59,462 nt of DNA from Pocillopora damicornis (taxonomy: Eukaryota): positions 1-59,462 of the forward strand of contig NW_020846322.1 of NCBI RefSeq assembly GCF_003704095.1, read 5' to 3'. Shown here piece after piece: positions 1 through 13,319 of this stretch. Under the pieces are notes generated by a model that was given only the letters and a program-made list of their open reading frames with translations, was not told the DNA's origin and did not search any database. Numbering within the stretch: position 1 is the stretch's first letter; each line of letters starts with the position of its first letter. Position numbers and translations under genes: made by a program.

Positions 1-2
1 AT

Positions 3-2694
3 TTTCCTCTTCATTGCCTGAAAGCAAAAAGTGGCTTCATCTTTGGTTGGAAGAATGAACAAACAAGTACCTTTGTCGCTGCATCAGTCATCCATCCACG
101 CGAAATCTATGACAGTTTTTGCGAACGAGTTTTTGACGAATGTGCTTTGTACCTTGTTGGAGTTTGGCTAAATGATAACGATGAGAAATCTGTCGGTCAA
201 GTGTTTGCTGTGTTAAAAACCTTGTCCAGGTCGTTAACTGACGGACTTTTCATTCTACGTTTGATAAGGTTCACCGACACTTTTCATTTGTGCCATGTCG
301 GAAACTCGTTGATAACGAATGGATCTGTGGTAATTTTTTACAAACAACCTACTGGAAATGCGTTTTTGACCACCTCACCAGCAGTTCCAGATGGCATTAA
401 ATTCTGGAGGAAATCAGAAGCGTTGCTGGAGCAAACGTGCCCCACAGAATTATCAAACGTCATTGAACTTCTGAATAACTCCCACAAAGCAGAAGAGAGT
501 ATTTATAGATTGTTTGAAACACAAACAGAAACTCTTAGAAAACCAATTCGCGAGATTTGGAGGCTTTTGTCCAACTTTGGCATGAAAGTTGTTATTTTTT
601 TTTATGCCTTGTTTCATCAAAGGCAGCAGGAAGAACACCCAGTTGTAATTGAGACAATCAAATTCTTTTCAGAATTATCTGCTGTGTTTCTGCAATTGTG
701 TACACGTGTTAGGCAAATGAGAGCTCTGGTGCTGTGTTTTAGCAATTCTACAGCTCTAAAGGACAAACAAGATTATACTGGCCACTCAACAGAGTCAAGA
801 AATTCACCTATGAAGATTGATGCGAGTGTAAGGAGCAATGTTTTTCCAGTGGTGTGGTTTGGCAGTTTTCTTAGTGCAGTTGCAATTGATGTTGTGTTGG
901 GACTTTTCATTGTGTTATGGCTCTTTTCAAATGGTTACAACACATGCGCTACTGACTTAATGATGGAAAAGACTGATGCTGTTGTTCAGTGGATTACCTC
1001 TTTACTGGAGTGGTTACAAGGAGCCCCAGCTGGGCTCAAAATAAACCAAAAGCTAGCAGAATATTTGAGCATTTTCTTTCTTTATCACCTGTTTCTTTGG
1101 CAAATTTACCTTAGCTATATTGAACCGTATCTTCAGATTATCATCAGTTTTATCATCATGTCAGGTTGTTTTGGAGCAACATTCTTGTTGTCTTTGGCAT
1201 CAGATGTTATGTCTTTGATAACACTCCATATCTACTGCTTTTATGTGTATGCTGCAATGCTGTATAACTTCCAACTACAGAAGTTGTTGCTGTTGGCTAA
1301 ACTATTTACAGGTTAGAGATGGTTTGTTTAACGTATTAAATATATGCTGACTCTCCCAGATTATGAGATACAAAAGGATTCTTGAGCTCCCAGATTAAAG
1401 ATCTTCTGTACTAAAGTAGATATGGATACATTTCTTTTCTGTGGAAGAAAGGAAATTAATTTCATTTGTCGTCAGAATTTTTTGACAGGGATGAGGGGGG
1501 AGCTGGATATCTAATCAAGTTGATTTTATCCTCTGTGTTGGCTTATACCAATAGAATTGAGGGGAAAAAAGCTAAATTTAACAAGTTTGAAAATATTTTA
1601 AGTAAGGAAAAATTTGAACCACAACTTAACCGTTGTAGCTAGAAATGAAAGTTAGATTCAAATGGTTTTATTTGTTTTCTCCTTTGCTCTAAGCACATTT
1701 TGATCTTTTGAGGGAAATACAAATCAAATAAGTTTGAAATTATTTAAACCTGAAATTATTTAAGCAACAGCATAGAGATATGAATTATCTCAATTCTTCC
1801 CTGGACAGCTTACAGGACCTGAGTGTGCTGATCAAAGCCTCAAAGAGAGTTGATAGAAAACTATTCAAGAATGAAGATGTTAAGTCCTATATTGAAATTT
1901 ACTTTTAAGTTGTGACAAACTGAAAGCATGCTTTTCTTTCACTTGTTCATCAGGTAGAAAATGGAATGTTGAAAAGAATCAAGAGGACATTGTTCCATAC
2001 AGGGTGGACAGACTGTTTTTAGGAACCCTGTGCTTTACCATTCTCCTCTTCTTGTTGCCGACAACTGCCATGTACTACGTTGTGTTTACCACCCTGCGAC
2101 TGATTGTCCTGTTTGTGAAGGGTGCTGTCAATAGAATCATCGGTATGATGAATAATCTACCAGTGTTTCCACTGATCACTGCTTTCTTCAGACCAGATCT
2201 GATACCAGGTAAATATTGAAATTAGTACTTCCATAATGCAGATGGTGTTTGATCGGTGTATCTGACCATGAAATCCAAACTATCTTGGGATGACATCCTT
2301 TCATGTAGAATTTCCCTAACTTTTCTAACCCAAGAGGCAAAATGTTCAACATCTGTTCTAATGTCAACTAATATAACATTGTAATTTTTATTGATTTTCT
2401 TTAGGAGGCATCAAGTTTGAATATGTTAACTCATTGGCTCCTTCAGAAGCAGAACTCAACACACTGCAGGATTTTCCTCTGGACATAACAGCTCCTTCAC
2501 CAACTGTTCTACTAATTCTTCACAATCAACCACTTCCCATCACAGAACTGTTTACTCAGCAGTTGCTTGAAAAGTTCCCAGATCAAGATGAATACAAACA
2601 GGATTGGCTATTGTTAATCAAGAAATTGGCCAAAGGAGAACTGATTTATCCATGGGTGAAATCAAGGACTTTCGAGAAAGAGGTAGTTCTTTAA
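3..2694 (+). CDS. PIGQ: Phosphatidylinositol N-acetylglucosaminyltransferase subunit Q (GPI1/PIG-Q); 5'-partial, 3 exons: <3..1311, 1954..2208, 2405..2694
   Basis: Frame is open from base 3 (FPLHCLKAKSGFIFGW, like the PIG-Q N-terminus). GPI1-domain motifs WLQGAPAGLKIN, SLITLHIYCFYVYAA, G-RKWN and DRLFLGTLCFTILLFLLPTTAMYY are present. Both GT-AG introns are phase 1 and join in frame; stop TAA at 2692-2694. Confidence 0.93.
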
Positions 2695-3350
2695 TTGAAA
2701 GCAAAAGGGTTATGTTGATGGTCTACCTCTGAACTGTCAGGGCATAGCAGAGACACCTGTACACCTTATGTAGAAACCATCTCTTTGTTCTGACTGAGAT
2801 GTTACTTCAATCAGAATTATCTAACAGTGTTTGATTACTGACTCCGGATGGCTATTGACAATTTGCCTTCTCATCCCAAGCATGACCGATTCAAATTATT
2901 AAATAACTGCATTGCCAAGCAGTCTCAGTCTTGTTGATGAAAATATAGAAGTAAAATAAGCAGAAGAATATAGTTTGATTAAAAGCCAAATTCTCGGAAC
3001 CCAAACTCTAACAGATGTATTGTGAACCATAAGGAGAGTCTTTATTTAAATCTTTGGAGGATAAGGAAAAGGAAATTCAGCATGTTGTTTGGGATTTGAT
3101 CGAGATGTGGCTTGACCAGAGTTTTTTGCTCAATGGCCAGGTGAGCAAAAAAATAGCTGCTATATTAGGACAAGGAAATCTTCTTGCACTGGATGACCAG
3201 GGTGAATTTGATTTAATCCCTATTGTAACCTCAGGCATTTTAACTTGCTCATCTTGACAAAACTCCTTCTAGATCCAAAGGCAGCTTGAAAATATGGCTT
3301 GGCAATGAGACATTTCCAGGATTGATCATTGAATAGATGTATCTGTTATA

Positions 3351-3561
3351 TTAATCCTTTAAACCCCAAGAGTGACCCGCATCTAGTTTCTCCTTACAGT
3401 AATACTGCGGAATCATTCATTAAGATCATGAGAATAAAGGAAAAACTTGCCAACCAAAGAAACTTTGATTGTTAAACCAATTCTCCTTGTCAGCACCAAA
3501 AGAAATGTATAGAGGAGTGTCTGGAGAAAACGGATACTGAGGTTATGGTGTAAAGGGTTAA
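3351..3561. mobile_element. piggyBac-type MITE, family B
   Basis: TTAATCCTTTAAACCCC...GTAAAGGGTTAA; related to 6659-6860, 41708-41915, 53620-53810 and 57998-58197. Confidence 0.72.
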
Positions 3562-3679
3562 GAGGCATCATACAGACTCCTCATTACAAAAAATTTGTGA
3601 AAAACATAATTATATCAAAAAATGAAGTAACTGAAGTAACGTCAGAGTCCTGAAGCACCTGCCCTGAAGCACACTTTAA

Positions 3680-3882
3680 CCCTTTAACTCTCATAGGTGA
3701 CCAAGGAAGAATTTCTCCTTACAATATCAATAGGATATCAACTAGATTAGTGATGAGAATAAAGAAAAATATCAATTTGGGGATAATTAGTTGATCCAGT
3801 ACAAAATTCTCTGAACTAACATTATAAAAATTGTATGGTTGACAGTAAGGGGAATTACTAATTTGATCTGGGAGTTAAAGGG
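3680..3882. mobile_element. piggyBac-type MITE, family A
   Basis: TTAA|CCCTTTAACTC...GAGTTAAAGGG|TTAA; 203 bp; terminal inverted repeats and TTAA target duplication. Confidence 0.85.
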
Positions 3883-4269
3883 TTAAATAAGACTTGCATT
3901 CAACACTTAAAAGTAAAGCTAGAATCAGAGACCAACATTACACCAACCACACCTTATTTTTATTTAAGAAACCTTTTGGATATAGTTTGTATAGGTATAC
4001 TATACTACTTGCCTACAAGACATTTTGCTCTTTGCAAAATTATATTACAGAAACTACCCTGCTAGAAATTCTAGGTTTATTGTACTGCTTGCCTAAACTA
4101 CTGCCAGAATTACTTACCTCTGTATTCTTATAAGTAGGCATAACATCAATTGCTGAATGAACTTCACACTCGGTCTTTGCATGCCGTCTTAATACACACT
4201 AAATTTTTCACTCTCCACCTGAGTCTTGCAGCCAACAACATCATGGGAAAAACTAACCGATCAGTTAAA

Positions 4270-4446
4270 ATGAACCAGACTTTTTGACCAACAACAACCA
4301 TTCACTTAATTCTGATGATGACTTCCGCTCAGGTTATTAAGACATTGGCCATTACTACTGTCAACAGTCCTTATCAGGACAACACTCACCCAGACAATAA
4401 GACCACACTATCATGCGTTTCCCACGGGTTACCCTCATTTACTGTG
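4270..4446 (+). mobile_element. Possible Penelope-like retroelement remnant
   Basis: CTGATGATGACTTCCGCTCAGGTT...AACAGTCCT..TCAGGACAACACTCACCCAGAC resembles common cnidarian Penelope-derived repeats; related bits at ~5450-5745 and 42830-42960. Confidence 0.35.
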
Positions 4447-4680
4447 TATTTTTTTCTATGTATCCCCAAGTTTAACTACTTTCCTGCAGTCTGTAAATAG
4501 CCGATCAGTCTTCCTTTAGCAATTTGTGAATTTTAAACAATTCACGTCTATTTAGAAAATTTGTTTTATTCTTTATCTACAATGGCCCTGGAAAGCCCCA
4601 TCAAGTGAAGAGTTAACAAAGTCATTACAAAAAGTTGTTTACTTTTCTCAGTGTACTGATTATTATAATTTTAATTGCTA

Positions 4681-4899
4681 ATAACCCTTCAATTCCCAGA
4701 AGTGATTAACAAGCAATTTTTTCCAATAATATCCATACATTATCCAGCAAACAAGTAAATAAATGAAAAAAACTCAAACTTATCAGGTAGAAGTTGTTAT
4801 CTTGATCTAACACCAAATTCTTGTCACTTATTTACAAGGAAGTGTGTAGTAGGTAGCAAGGAGAATTGACAACCAGATCTTGCAAGTTAAAAGGGTTTA
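4681..4899. mobile_element. piggyBac-type MITE, family C
   Basis: AACCCTTCAATTCCC...GTTAAAAGGGTTTAA; homologous to 9401-9609, 50917-51107 (reverse) and ~57330-57542. Confidence 0.68.
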
Positions 4900-5080
4900 A
4901 TGATGCCCTTAAAATAAAAAACCTGCTACTTCTGATGAAAAAAGGAAAGCTTACCATGTTAGAACAAAACAAATCTTCCATTACATCCATTCTTAAGTTA
5001 CAAACTATAATAATTAACCGTTATATTTATAACTTTTACAGTGGAGCTTATTATCCAGTTACAGCTTGGCCAGAGCACTC

Positions 5081-8000
5081 TTAGAAGTTTGTTGCACGCA
5101 GGGATGCATCACTTGTATGTACACCATTGGTACCTTCAGGTTTTGGTGTGTATCTGTCAAACTGTTCCATGGGAATGTCCTCTTCTCGTGCAGTGTAATC
5201 CATTGACATCAGGTCATTGCGGGACAGGTGCTCAACAATACCAGCCCCATAGGCATCACCAATAACGTTCACAGCAGTGCGGATACGATCCCTACAGCCA
5301 TGAATGAGAATTGTGCAAAATTTAGCTCACACATTTAAGTATCAGCTCATAAGATACCATATGCCAAGGAAAAAGAAGATTGTCAAAATGAGGTAACAAC
5401 CATGTTTATCAGGTCTATGCCTACTTGACAACCTTAGTGGAACACATAACTTGACTCTGATGATGATGAGTTTTTGATCATGACTGATGATGACAAGTCC
5501 TCAACTCTGCTTATGACCACCACAAAGATTTTCAAAAAGTCCGTCACTACTTTGTATGATATCCTTTAATGTTTTAATCCACAGATGTTTTGCACTCATT
5601 CAATTTGCACCCAAATTCAGATGATTCTAACCCAGTTTGTGCCAGTTCATGTGGAACCTGCTGGTCAATTCATACCTATCTCAACATTCTGTGGTAAATC
5701 ACAACCCAGGAGATCTCAAATGTTACCCCTTGATCCAAACCATTAACCCTTTAATTCCCAGATCAAATTTGTAATTCTCCTTACTGTCAATCATACAATT
5801 CTTATAATGTTAGTTCAGAGAATTTAGTATTGGATCAAAGAATTATTCCTAAATTGATATTTTTCTTTATTCTCTTCACTTATCTGGTTGATATTGTATT
5901 GATATTGTAAGGAGAAATTCTGTGTTGGTCACTCATGGGAGTTAAAGGGTTAACTGTAACAAAGCCAAGGAACTGAACCACTTACTTAAGGTCAAGCCAT
6001 TTGTTACCTGACTAAATTCAATGTTTTCCAAGCAGTGTACGGAATTATTTTCATTTACATTGCTACCAGAAATTGATGATTTTACTCCTTGTGGCAAAAA
6101 TTATCTTAAACCATTTACAAATGGAAGTCACAGGGAGAACCTGCATGAAGCAACTTGAATTACACATATTTTCAATGGTAGGCTTTATAAATATATTTCT
6201 AAGAAAGGGAAAATTTAACTGAAACAATAGCTTACAAAAACCAGTCCACTGCTAAGATGAGACCAATGTCATCAGCGGGTAGATTGACAGCTTGGAGGAC
6301 CAGCACCATGGTAACCAGTCCTGCTTGTGGTATTCCTGCGGCACCAATAGAAGCTGCAGTGGCTGTGAAACTACAGGAAGATGGACATAAATAACTTTTA
6401 GTAAAGCTACTGTGTACAGAGAGTACATGGTGACTTAAAGGTAAACATTTGGGACATTGAAGAGCAGATCAAGAGGTTCACCTTAGTTTTGAACCCTGTC
6501 CATGTAAATTTTTAGTGCTCTGGGCAATTAACCCTTTTCCCTTAAGAGTGACTAACATCTAATTTTGCTTTACAATATCCCCCCCCCCCTGAATCAAACA
6601 TGAAGGTCAATGAAAATAAACAAATTGATCACCAACTAAAGGGGATGTAGATTGTTAACCCTTTACAACCTAATATCAGGAAAGGTATTCTCCATACTGT
6701 TTCTCATACATTCTCTTAGGCACTGACGAGGAGAATTTGTGTAACAATCTACAGCCTCTTTAGCTGCTTATAATTGTCTTTATTCTCATGACCTTACTGC
6801 ATGATTCAGGGTGATATTGTAAGGAGAAATTAGATGCTTGTCACTCTTAGGGGTTAAAGGATTACACAAATTCTCCCAATCAGCACTTTTAGGAAATGTA
6901 TAGAGAACAGTATTTATCTTTAAAATTTGGTGATAAATCAAACATTATTTCCCAGATGAATTTTTTTCATTTTTCTCGTCACTTTTCTAGGTGAAAATGC
7001 ATAGCTGTTGTGAGGAGAATTTTTTTTTCTGTCATTCCTAGTTTTACCCCTTGCTTACCATGTTGTTATCAGCTGTCCAACATTCAGAGTGATGCCATTG
7101 GCCTGAGCAATAAACACAGCAGCAACAGCTTCATACAAAGCTGTACCATCCATATTTACTGTTGCACCAAGAGGTAGCACAAAACGACTGATGCGGGCAT
7201 CAACTTTGTTATGCTCCTCAAGACAACGAATGGTGGTTGGCAGAGTTGCAGAGCTGGAAAGATAAAGAAAAAAAACATTTTAAAATTATCAACTTGCCAT
7301 TGGTTTTCCAAACCAAACAACTTCCCTTTCTGAGCTTTTAAGTCAATTAATTCAAGACTAATAAAGGAAGTTACCAACTCAGAGTCACAAGTGAACATAT
7401 GGCTAACTCGCTAAAAGAAAAGCGCAGAGCAGTAGAACTTTCAACTGAGCAGTTTTGATTAAAATATGAGGTGATGCAGCTATAACCACTAAATAAATTA
7501 TTTACCTAACGTACGTGCAATATCAGCCAAAGGGTGATCTAAGCTTTCTGTACCCTAGTGTTCTCTACTTCCCAGCCTTTAACATTAACTCACTTCTCCT
7601 GTATCCTTCATTATGAAATGCAGCAGATTAAGTGTTACACTTAATGTTGGCATTTGGACATTTCTTTCTTACTTCCTGTCCACAATAATGCCCTTCACTT
7701 CCTGTCTCTTGTAACCCTTCACTCCCCTCTCTGGCTAATAAGCTGAATGATCTATACTCTCTACCTATTTGCAGGAAAATATACAGACATTGTGTGGAGA
7801 AGTTACATATTGATCATGCCTGGGAGTTGCAACACACTGTGATAAAAAAAGAAACATTTGGTTCTCTGTTTCCTACTCTTACACACCTTGAGGAGGTTCC
7901 AAATGCTGTGATTATGGCATCTCTCAAACCAAGAAAATATCTCAGAGGATTCTTATGCACTACTATCAGATACAGCACTGGAATAATGATTATTGCATGG

Positions 8001-11000
8001 ATCAGTAAGCCTGCTATCACTGTTGCCATGTACATGCCGACCATATTTAATGACTCAAGGATGTTATCCATTGCTGCCACTTTTGCTGCGATTAGGCTGC
8101 AGATACCAATTGGAGAAAACCTGCAAACAAACTTTGACAATTAGTTTATCAACTTTTGAAACAGAGGTGAAGTTATATTGATTTTAATACCAGAAATCTT
8201 ACGACACAACTCAAATAAATTAACCCTTTACACCCGAACGTCAGAAGACATATTCTCCATACAGTTCTCAATGTGTTNNNNNNNNNNNNNNNNNNNNNNN
8301 NNNNNNNNNNNNNNNNNNNNNNNNNNNNNNNNNNNNNNNNNNNNNNNNNNNNNNNNNNNNNNNNNNNNNNNNNNNNNTTTTAGATTCAATAGGATAATGG
8401 AAGGCCATGTAAAGGCATACACTTGAAGATCTAGGGCAAATGTCATTTTTTTTTTCAATAAATTCATTAATACACTCATTATTAAGTAAACAAACATTTT
8501 ATAACCTAGCCTTATCACTTACCACATGACCAATGTCACCATCTTCATGATCACCTCATTCAGTGCCTCAAAGAAAGCCTTCAGGGGCATGCCATGCTCA
8601 CCAATTCTTCCCAAAACAATTCCAAACACAATGGAAAACACCACAAGTCCTAAGACATTAATTGATCCCTTTGGATCCACCATCAGCCCATTAGGAACAG
8701 TGTTGGAACCACTCTTGGTCATGACCTTCTGCATTGCCCATGATCCATTTGGAAATGTCGTATTTTCCATTTTATACACTGGCTCACTTGTTGCATATTT
8801 GGTTTTTTTCTGAAACAAACAAAAATGTCTTCAATGAGTATTGTTCAAAGATCTAATCACTAGTCAGAAAAGTAATTCTCCAAAGGTTATTTGTTTCTAA
8901 AACTTTTGAAGGATTTAGGAAAAAGAAGCAATATGGTCAAATTTTTTATTAATTAGAAAGATGCCCACCATTTTATAAATCCAAGTAGAAAAAATTATCC
9001 ATGCAGATGAACAGCAATTTAGGAAGTGACAGGAAAGAAGCTTTAACGAGATTCATGCAAGTCATATGCCTCCCAAAAACTAGGAAAAATAGTCTTACCT
9101 AGTACATTTAATTATGACCTAACCCTAAAAAAAGTACTTGGGATGGAGGAGAGGGGTGCTAATGGTGATGGATTAGCATGCAATCCAAGAACACTCTCTG
9201 TGGCTTAATAAAAGAGAAAGTGGAATATAATGGCCATTATTTGGCTCACATGCAAACAATGGTAACAAAATTAAATAACCATAAGTTCCAGAAAGAATAA
9301 TGAAACTATTTTGGGTATGCATGAATAAAACAGACTTGATGCACAGGACAGATCAACGGAAAACATTACAACCACTTAGCTATCATTTCATTGTTAACGA
9401 ACCCTTTAACTCCCAAAGGTTATTAACAATTAACTTCTCCCTACAATATTCATGCACTATCCAGCAAACAGGAAATGAGAATACTAAAATGTATCAGGTA
9501 GAAATTGTCATCTTGATAAACCACTAAATTCTCATAACTTATTTACAAGGAAATATGAAGCAATTAGAAAGGAGAGTTAACAATCAGATCCTGGGAGTTA
9601 AAGGGTTAATTTGTTCAATGTTTACTATACCTGCTGAAAGGTTGCTGCAACTATGTTACTTGGGAAACAGCTCCTGTAAAAGGAAATATATAAGGAAATT
9701 TTAATGATAATTAATTTCAAATTAATGAATACTTTTGATTGAATGATAACAATTAAATTCTTGTAACTGGAACTTTCTCTTTACTTCCACTCAAGTTTCT
9801 TTCAGACCTTAAATGTAACTCTGTAACAATTCTTTGATTTGGTGATTTTTACAAAATGAAGTTGTTAATCCTGGGCAGTTGATATATGCTGAATTGTATT
9901 CTAAGCAACTTCCTGCTAAAGAAAAACCTTAAATTTTCCTGTGAAAAATCTCTCAAATTAACATGATATTTCCTGCGAAAAAATCTGGAGAGACATTTTC
10001 AGCAAAGACATGATTCAAATTAGGCAGAAATTCAAGAAAATTAAGAAAATTGAACGAAATGAATAGTTATTTCCTCCAAAGAATAATTCAGCTCAACAAG
10101 AAATTTCCTGCAAAAACCTGATATTTTGAACGAAAATTGATTCAAATTCGCGTAAAATATCCAGTTCAAAAACCTGATAATATAAGTGAAAGACGAGTAT
10201 GGTTAACAGGAAATTTGCTACCAAAAATCTGGTACTTCCTACGAAAAATGTTGCAAATTTCAATTAAATTTCCTGCAGGAAGAGTTCCCACTCATTATAT
10301 TTATTCACAGGTTAATCCTGACATATTCGCTTCGAATAATCTGATATCAGTGTATTTCTTGGAGATATAAGAATTCTCCAGAAAATGTGCCATTTTGTTT
10401 GTTTCAAGTGCTCTTCCCAATAGCTGTAATGTCAACAAACCCACGCCATATGAATAAGTTGATGTGAAAACTGTGCTAAGAAACTATATAGAGATAAAAA
10501 AGTCTCGCAAAAAAACTTAAAGATTCACACTTCCAAAAAATGTAAACTGTTCGCGAGATATAAAGAGAAAGCCGCTAAAAAGTGTGGGTAATTTCAAATT
10601 CAATTTAAGTTCGTGACTTTGAACGCCGCTGAAACTTATTTGTTTCTATTTTCAGACGTTTCTGCTCGGAAACTTGTGCTTCCTACCGATATTCAGTGTC
10701 CTCATACGATTGACACCAGAGGTTTTCTCTTGCCAAATTCAGATCCAGTTAGGATTGAAAGGATTATATTTGATCGATTAAATCGTGATAAAATTGCGAC
10801 TTAACGAATAACAAAAGCTCTTTCGCAACAAGAAAAGTAAACAACTCCTTTATGGACATAAAACAGCAATATCGGTTTCTCCGAAAATTTCAAACTTCTT
10901 TCCTTTGCGATAAGACTGTAGCAATGAGTTTATAATGTAAAGATAAGAATCTTTTTCATATCACTTTAGTGGTATCAGTTTCACGTAAGAGTCAGAATAC

Positions 11001-11655
11001 TCGTTTTAACAAACATAAACCTTCATAAACAAGTCGAAACGACGTTTCGCACCCTGACGTGACCCTAAGGGCGAAAGAAATAACTAAAGCCATTAATTTA
11101 AATGGATAGTTTAATGTGGAAAATACTAATAAAAAATTCTTAACTGCGTATTGTGATAAATTACCTGATCAGATCCAAAAATGCATCCAAGGTTCTCACA
11201 GGTTGTACTTCTTTCGTCCCAGTTTTTTCCTCGTCAGTTTCCCCAGGCCTGATGGCCACTACCAACACTATTCCAAGAATGACTGCCAAGATGGTCGTCG
11301 ATAAATAATAAACAAGAGCTCGTCTTCCAACACGGCCGGTAGCTTTCGCGTCAAGAGATGCCAACGCACAAATCAAGCTAGCCACAATTAAAGGAAGAAT
11401 CAGCATCTTCAGCATACTCATGAAAAGCTCGCCAGCGAATCCGATCAACATCAAAACCGTTTTCTTGTCTTCGACATCTTCGATGTTATTGACTGGTTCG
11501 TTGACGAGAGCTCCGATGACAAAACCGATCACGACACCAATGATTATAAGAACAAGCAACAAGTCTTTGCTAACTCGCCGCATACATCCTGAACAACAAC
11601 CACAGCACTTGCTCCCTCCTGTTGAAAAAACACCTCGGCCGTTTCCTTTCGCCAT
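5081..11655 (-). CDS. SLC1-family excitatory amino acid (glutamate/aspartate:Na+) transporter; 7 exons: 11655..11165, 9673..9631, 8809..8523, 8120..7887, 7253..7059, 6370..6236, 5291..5081
   Basis: Spliced translation gives [93 protein letters not shown] and [17 protein letters not shown]. All introns are GT-AG and phase-consistent. The start is taken at MAKGNG (11655); the exact paralog cannot be assigned. Confidence 0.93.
5747..5949. mobile_element. piggyBac-type MITE, family A (opposite orientation to 3680-3882)
   Basis: TTAA|CCCTTTAATTCCC...GGGAGTTAAAGGG|TTAA; internal sequence is the reverse complement of 3680-3882. Confidence 0.85.
6528..6912. mobile_element. Nested MITEs: family B copy (6659-6860) inserted at a TTAA inside an opposite-orientation family B copy
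   Basis: The outer element's GATTG-TTAA-ACAAATTCTCC is interrupted at the TTAA (6655-6658) and resumes after 6864. Confidence 0.65.
9401..9609. mobile_element. piggyBac-type MITE, family C
   Basis: ACCCTTTAACTCCC...GGGAGTTAAAGGGTTAA. Confidence 0.75.
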
Positions 11656-13303
11656 ATCTGCGCCGTACGAAATAACTTTGACTGGTTTCACTACTGTTTG
11701 GTCGTGACCTACTGGCTGTTTCAATCCTCTAGTGTAAAAAATACACCCCAAAACTTTTTAAATAAATGCAAATGCACCCACAATGCACTCAATTTCAACA
11801 ACCTCGGAGGCTTTTCGTTGGGTGAAACTCAAACAAACGGAAGCTATTCAGTGATCCGTCACGTGTCTTCATTCAAAGGGAAATCATAAGGTTCCATACG
11901 TTGCAACCAAAGGTACAGTGATATGTGAAGTAACATTCACAAGCGCGAAAATGAAAAATATGAAAGAATTTAGCAAAGGAGGAAAACAAACTGAAGCACG
12001 TGCAGAAGTTGTTTCAGTTTCCGCGCTCTCTGAAACCAGAGGCCGCCGTTTGGATCCCACCCCCATCCCCAGAGAATATTTCACTCTACCCAAGTCATTA
12101 CACATTAGTACAACACATCCTAAACAAAAGTTTTTTGAAGAGAGATGCCAGCCCAGCATTCCTCTCACGTGTTTGCCCTTCAGAAGGAAATTTCTTGGTT
12201 CTATGAGTTCGAAGAACAAATCTGCAATCATCGTGAAATAATTTGAAAGGATTAACATCGGGATCTTATCCAACGAGCTTCAGCAACAAAAGGCACGTAC
12301 TATCAAATGCAAAGTTATTTCCTGGGGCCTTCCCCACCCCCTCCCGCTGAGTTCCATCCACAGGGCATTTTAATTTAATGTTACCCAAATTGATACCGAG
12401 AAATGTTTGAAGAGAGGTTGAAGAAGACTGTAACTTATGCCTGGATCTCGAATTCAAATTCCCCGATAATACACTCTTATCAGGGCGTAGCCTAAAAGGA
12501 GGAAGAGCGTATTTAGAGCAGAAAAAGATAAGACAGAAAAGAAAGCACTCAAAGGCATAAAAATGACCCTGGTTTATCATTTGTTTTCTTTTCGTCTCTT
12601 CATTCAAAAGGCTGTTTTTCGCCGTATCGCTCTGCATGAGAAATTATTTAGATCTGCAGTAGAGAATTGGACATTGCAGTAATCTAGAAAATTTTTGGCA
12701 AAATTTCCGTCAGGAATTCAACTAAATAAACGTAACGCATTCTTGAGATTCACATAACACAAAATAAAGTTTCCTTTTTTCCTTTGCCCAACTAAAGCAT
12801 GAACATCTGACAAAATTACCGGAGGCGTTTTAAGCTCATGTCTCGAGAAAGCCAAAAAAAAAAAGTCCATCTGTTCAATTGTGAAAATACCACGCGTTGC
12901 ATGTGTGAGCTCCAGCAACGTGAAACTCCAGCCGGAAGGTCATCTACATAACACACTATCTTAGTATTTTTGTGGGCGCTCTCAAATGTTTCCGACGAGC
13001 GTCTGTGCAATTTTTACAAGGGAAGTGCCCATCGGAAAAGTAAGAGGGGATGACAACATAGTGCTCATACTTCGCCTGTCAAATTACTTTTGTTTTTAAA
13101 TAACCTACAAGTTTCCTGTAGTAAAACAAAAGGAGGAAAAAAAGGAGCGTGAACTTGGCGGGAAACGCGCGAGCTAGGCGAGAGTCACGCGAGGGCACCN
13201 NNNNNNNNNNNNNNNNNNNNNNNNNNNNNNNNNNNNNNNNNNNNNNNNNNNNNNNNNNNNNNNNNNNNNNNNNNNNNNNNNNNNNNNNNNNNNNNNNNNA
13301 AAC

Positions 13304-13319
13304 GGCTCCTTTAGGAGCC
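13304..13319 (+). promoter_or_regulatory. Histone 3' stem-loop of an H1 gene hidden in gap 13200-13299
   Basis: GGCTCCTTTAGGAGCC; the downstream flank matches the H1 3' flanks at 20490-20540 (-) and 28985-29050 (+). Confidence 0.85.

Noticed and set aside
4310-4345. Hammerhead ribozyme core (CTGATGA) in the Penelope-like remnant
   Set aside because: The required GAAA box is absent or mutated and the stems are not convincing
11884-12637. ORFs of 107-129 aa upstream of the SLC1 gene (and 3054..3257)
   Set aside because: No recognisable domains, no convincing splice context, and mostly non-ATG starts
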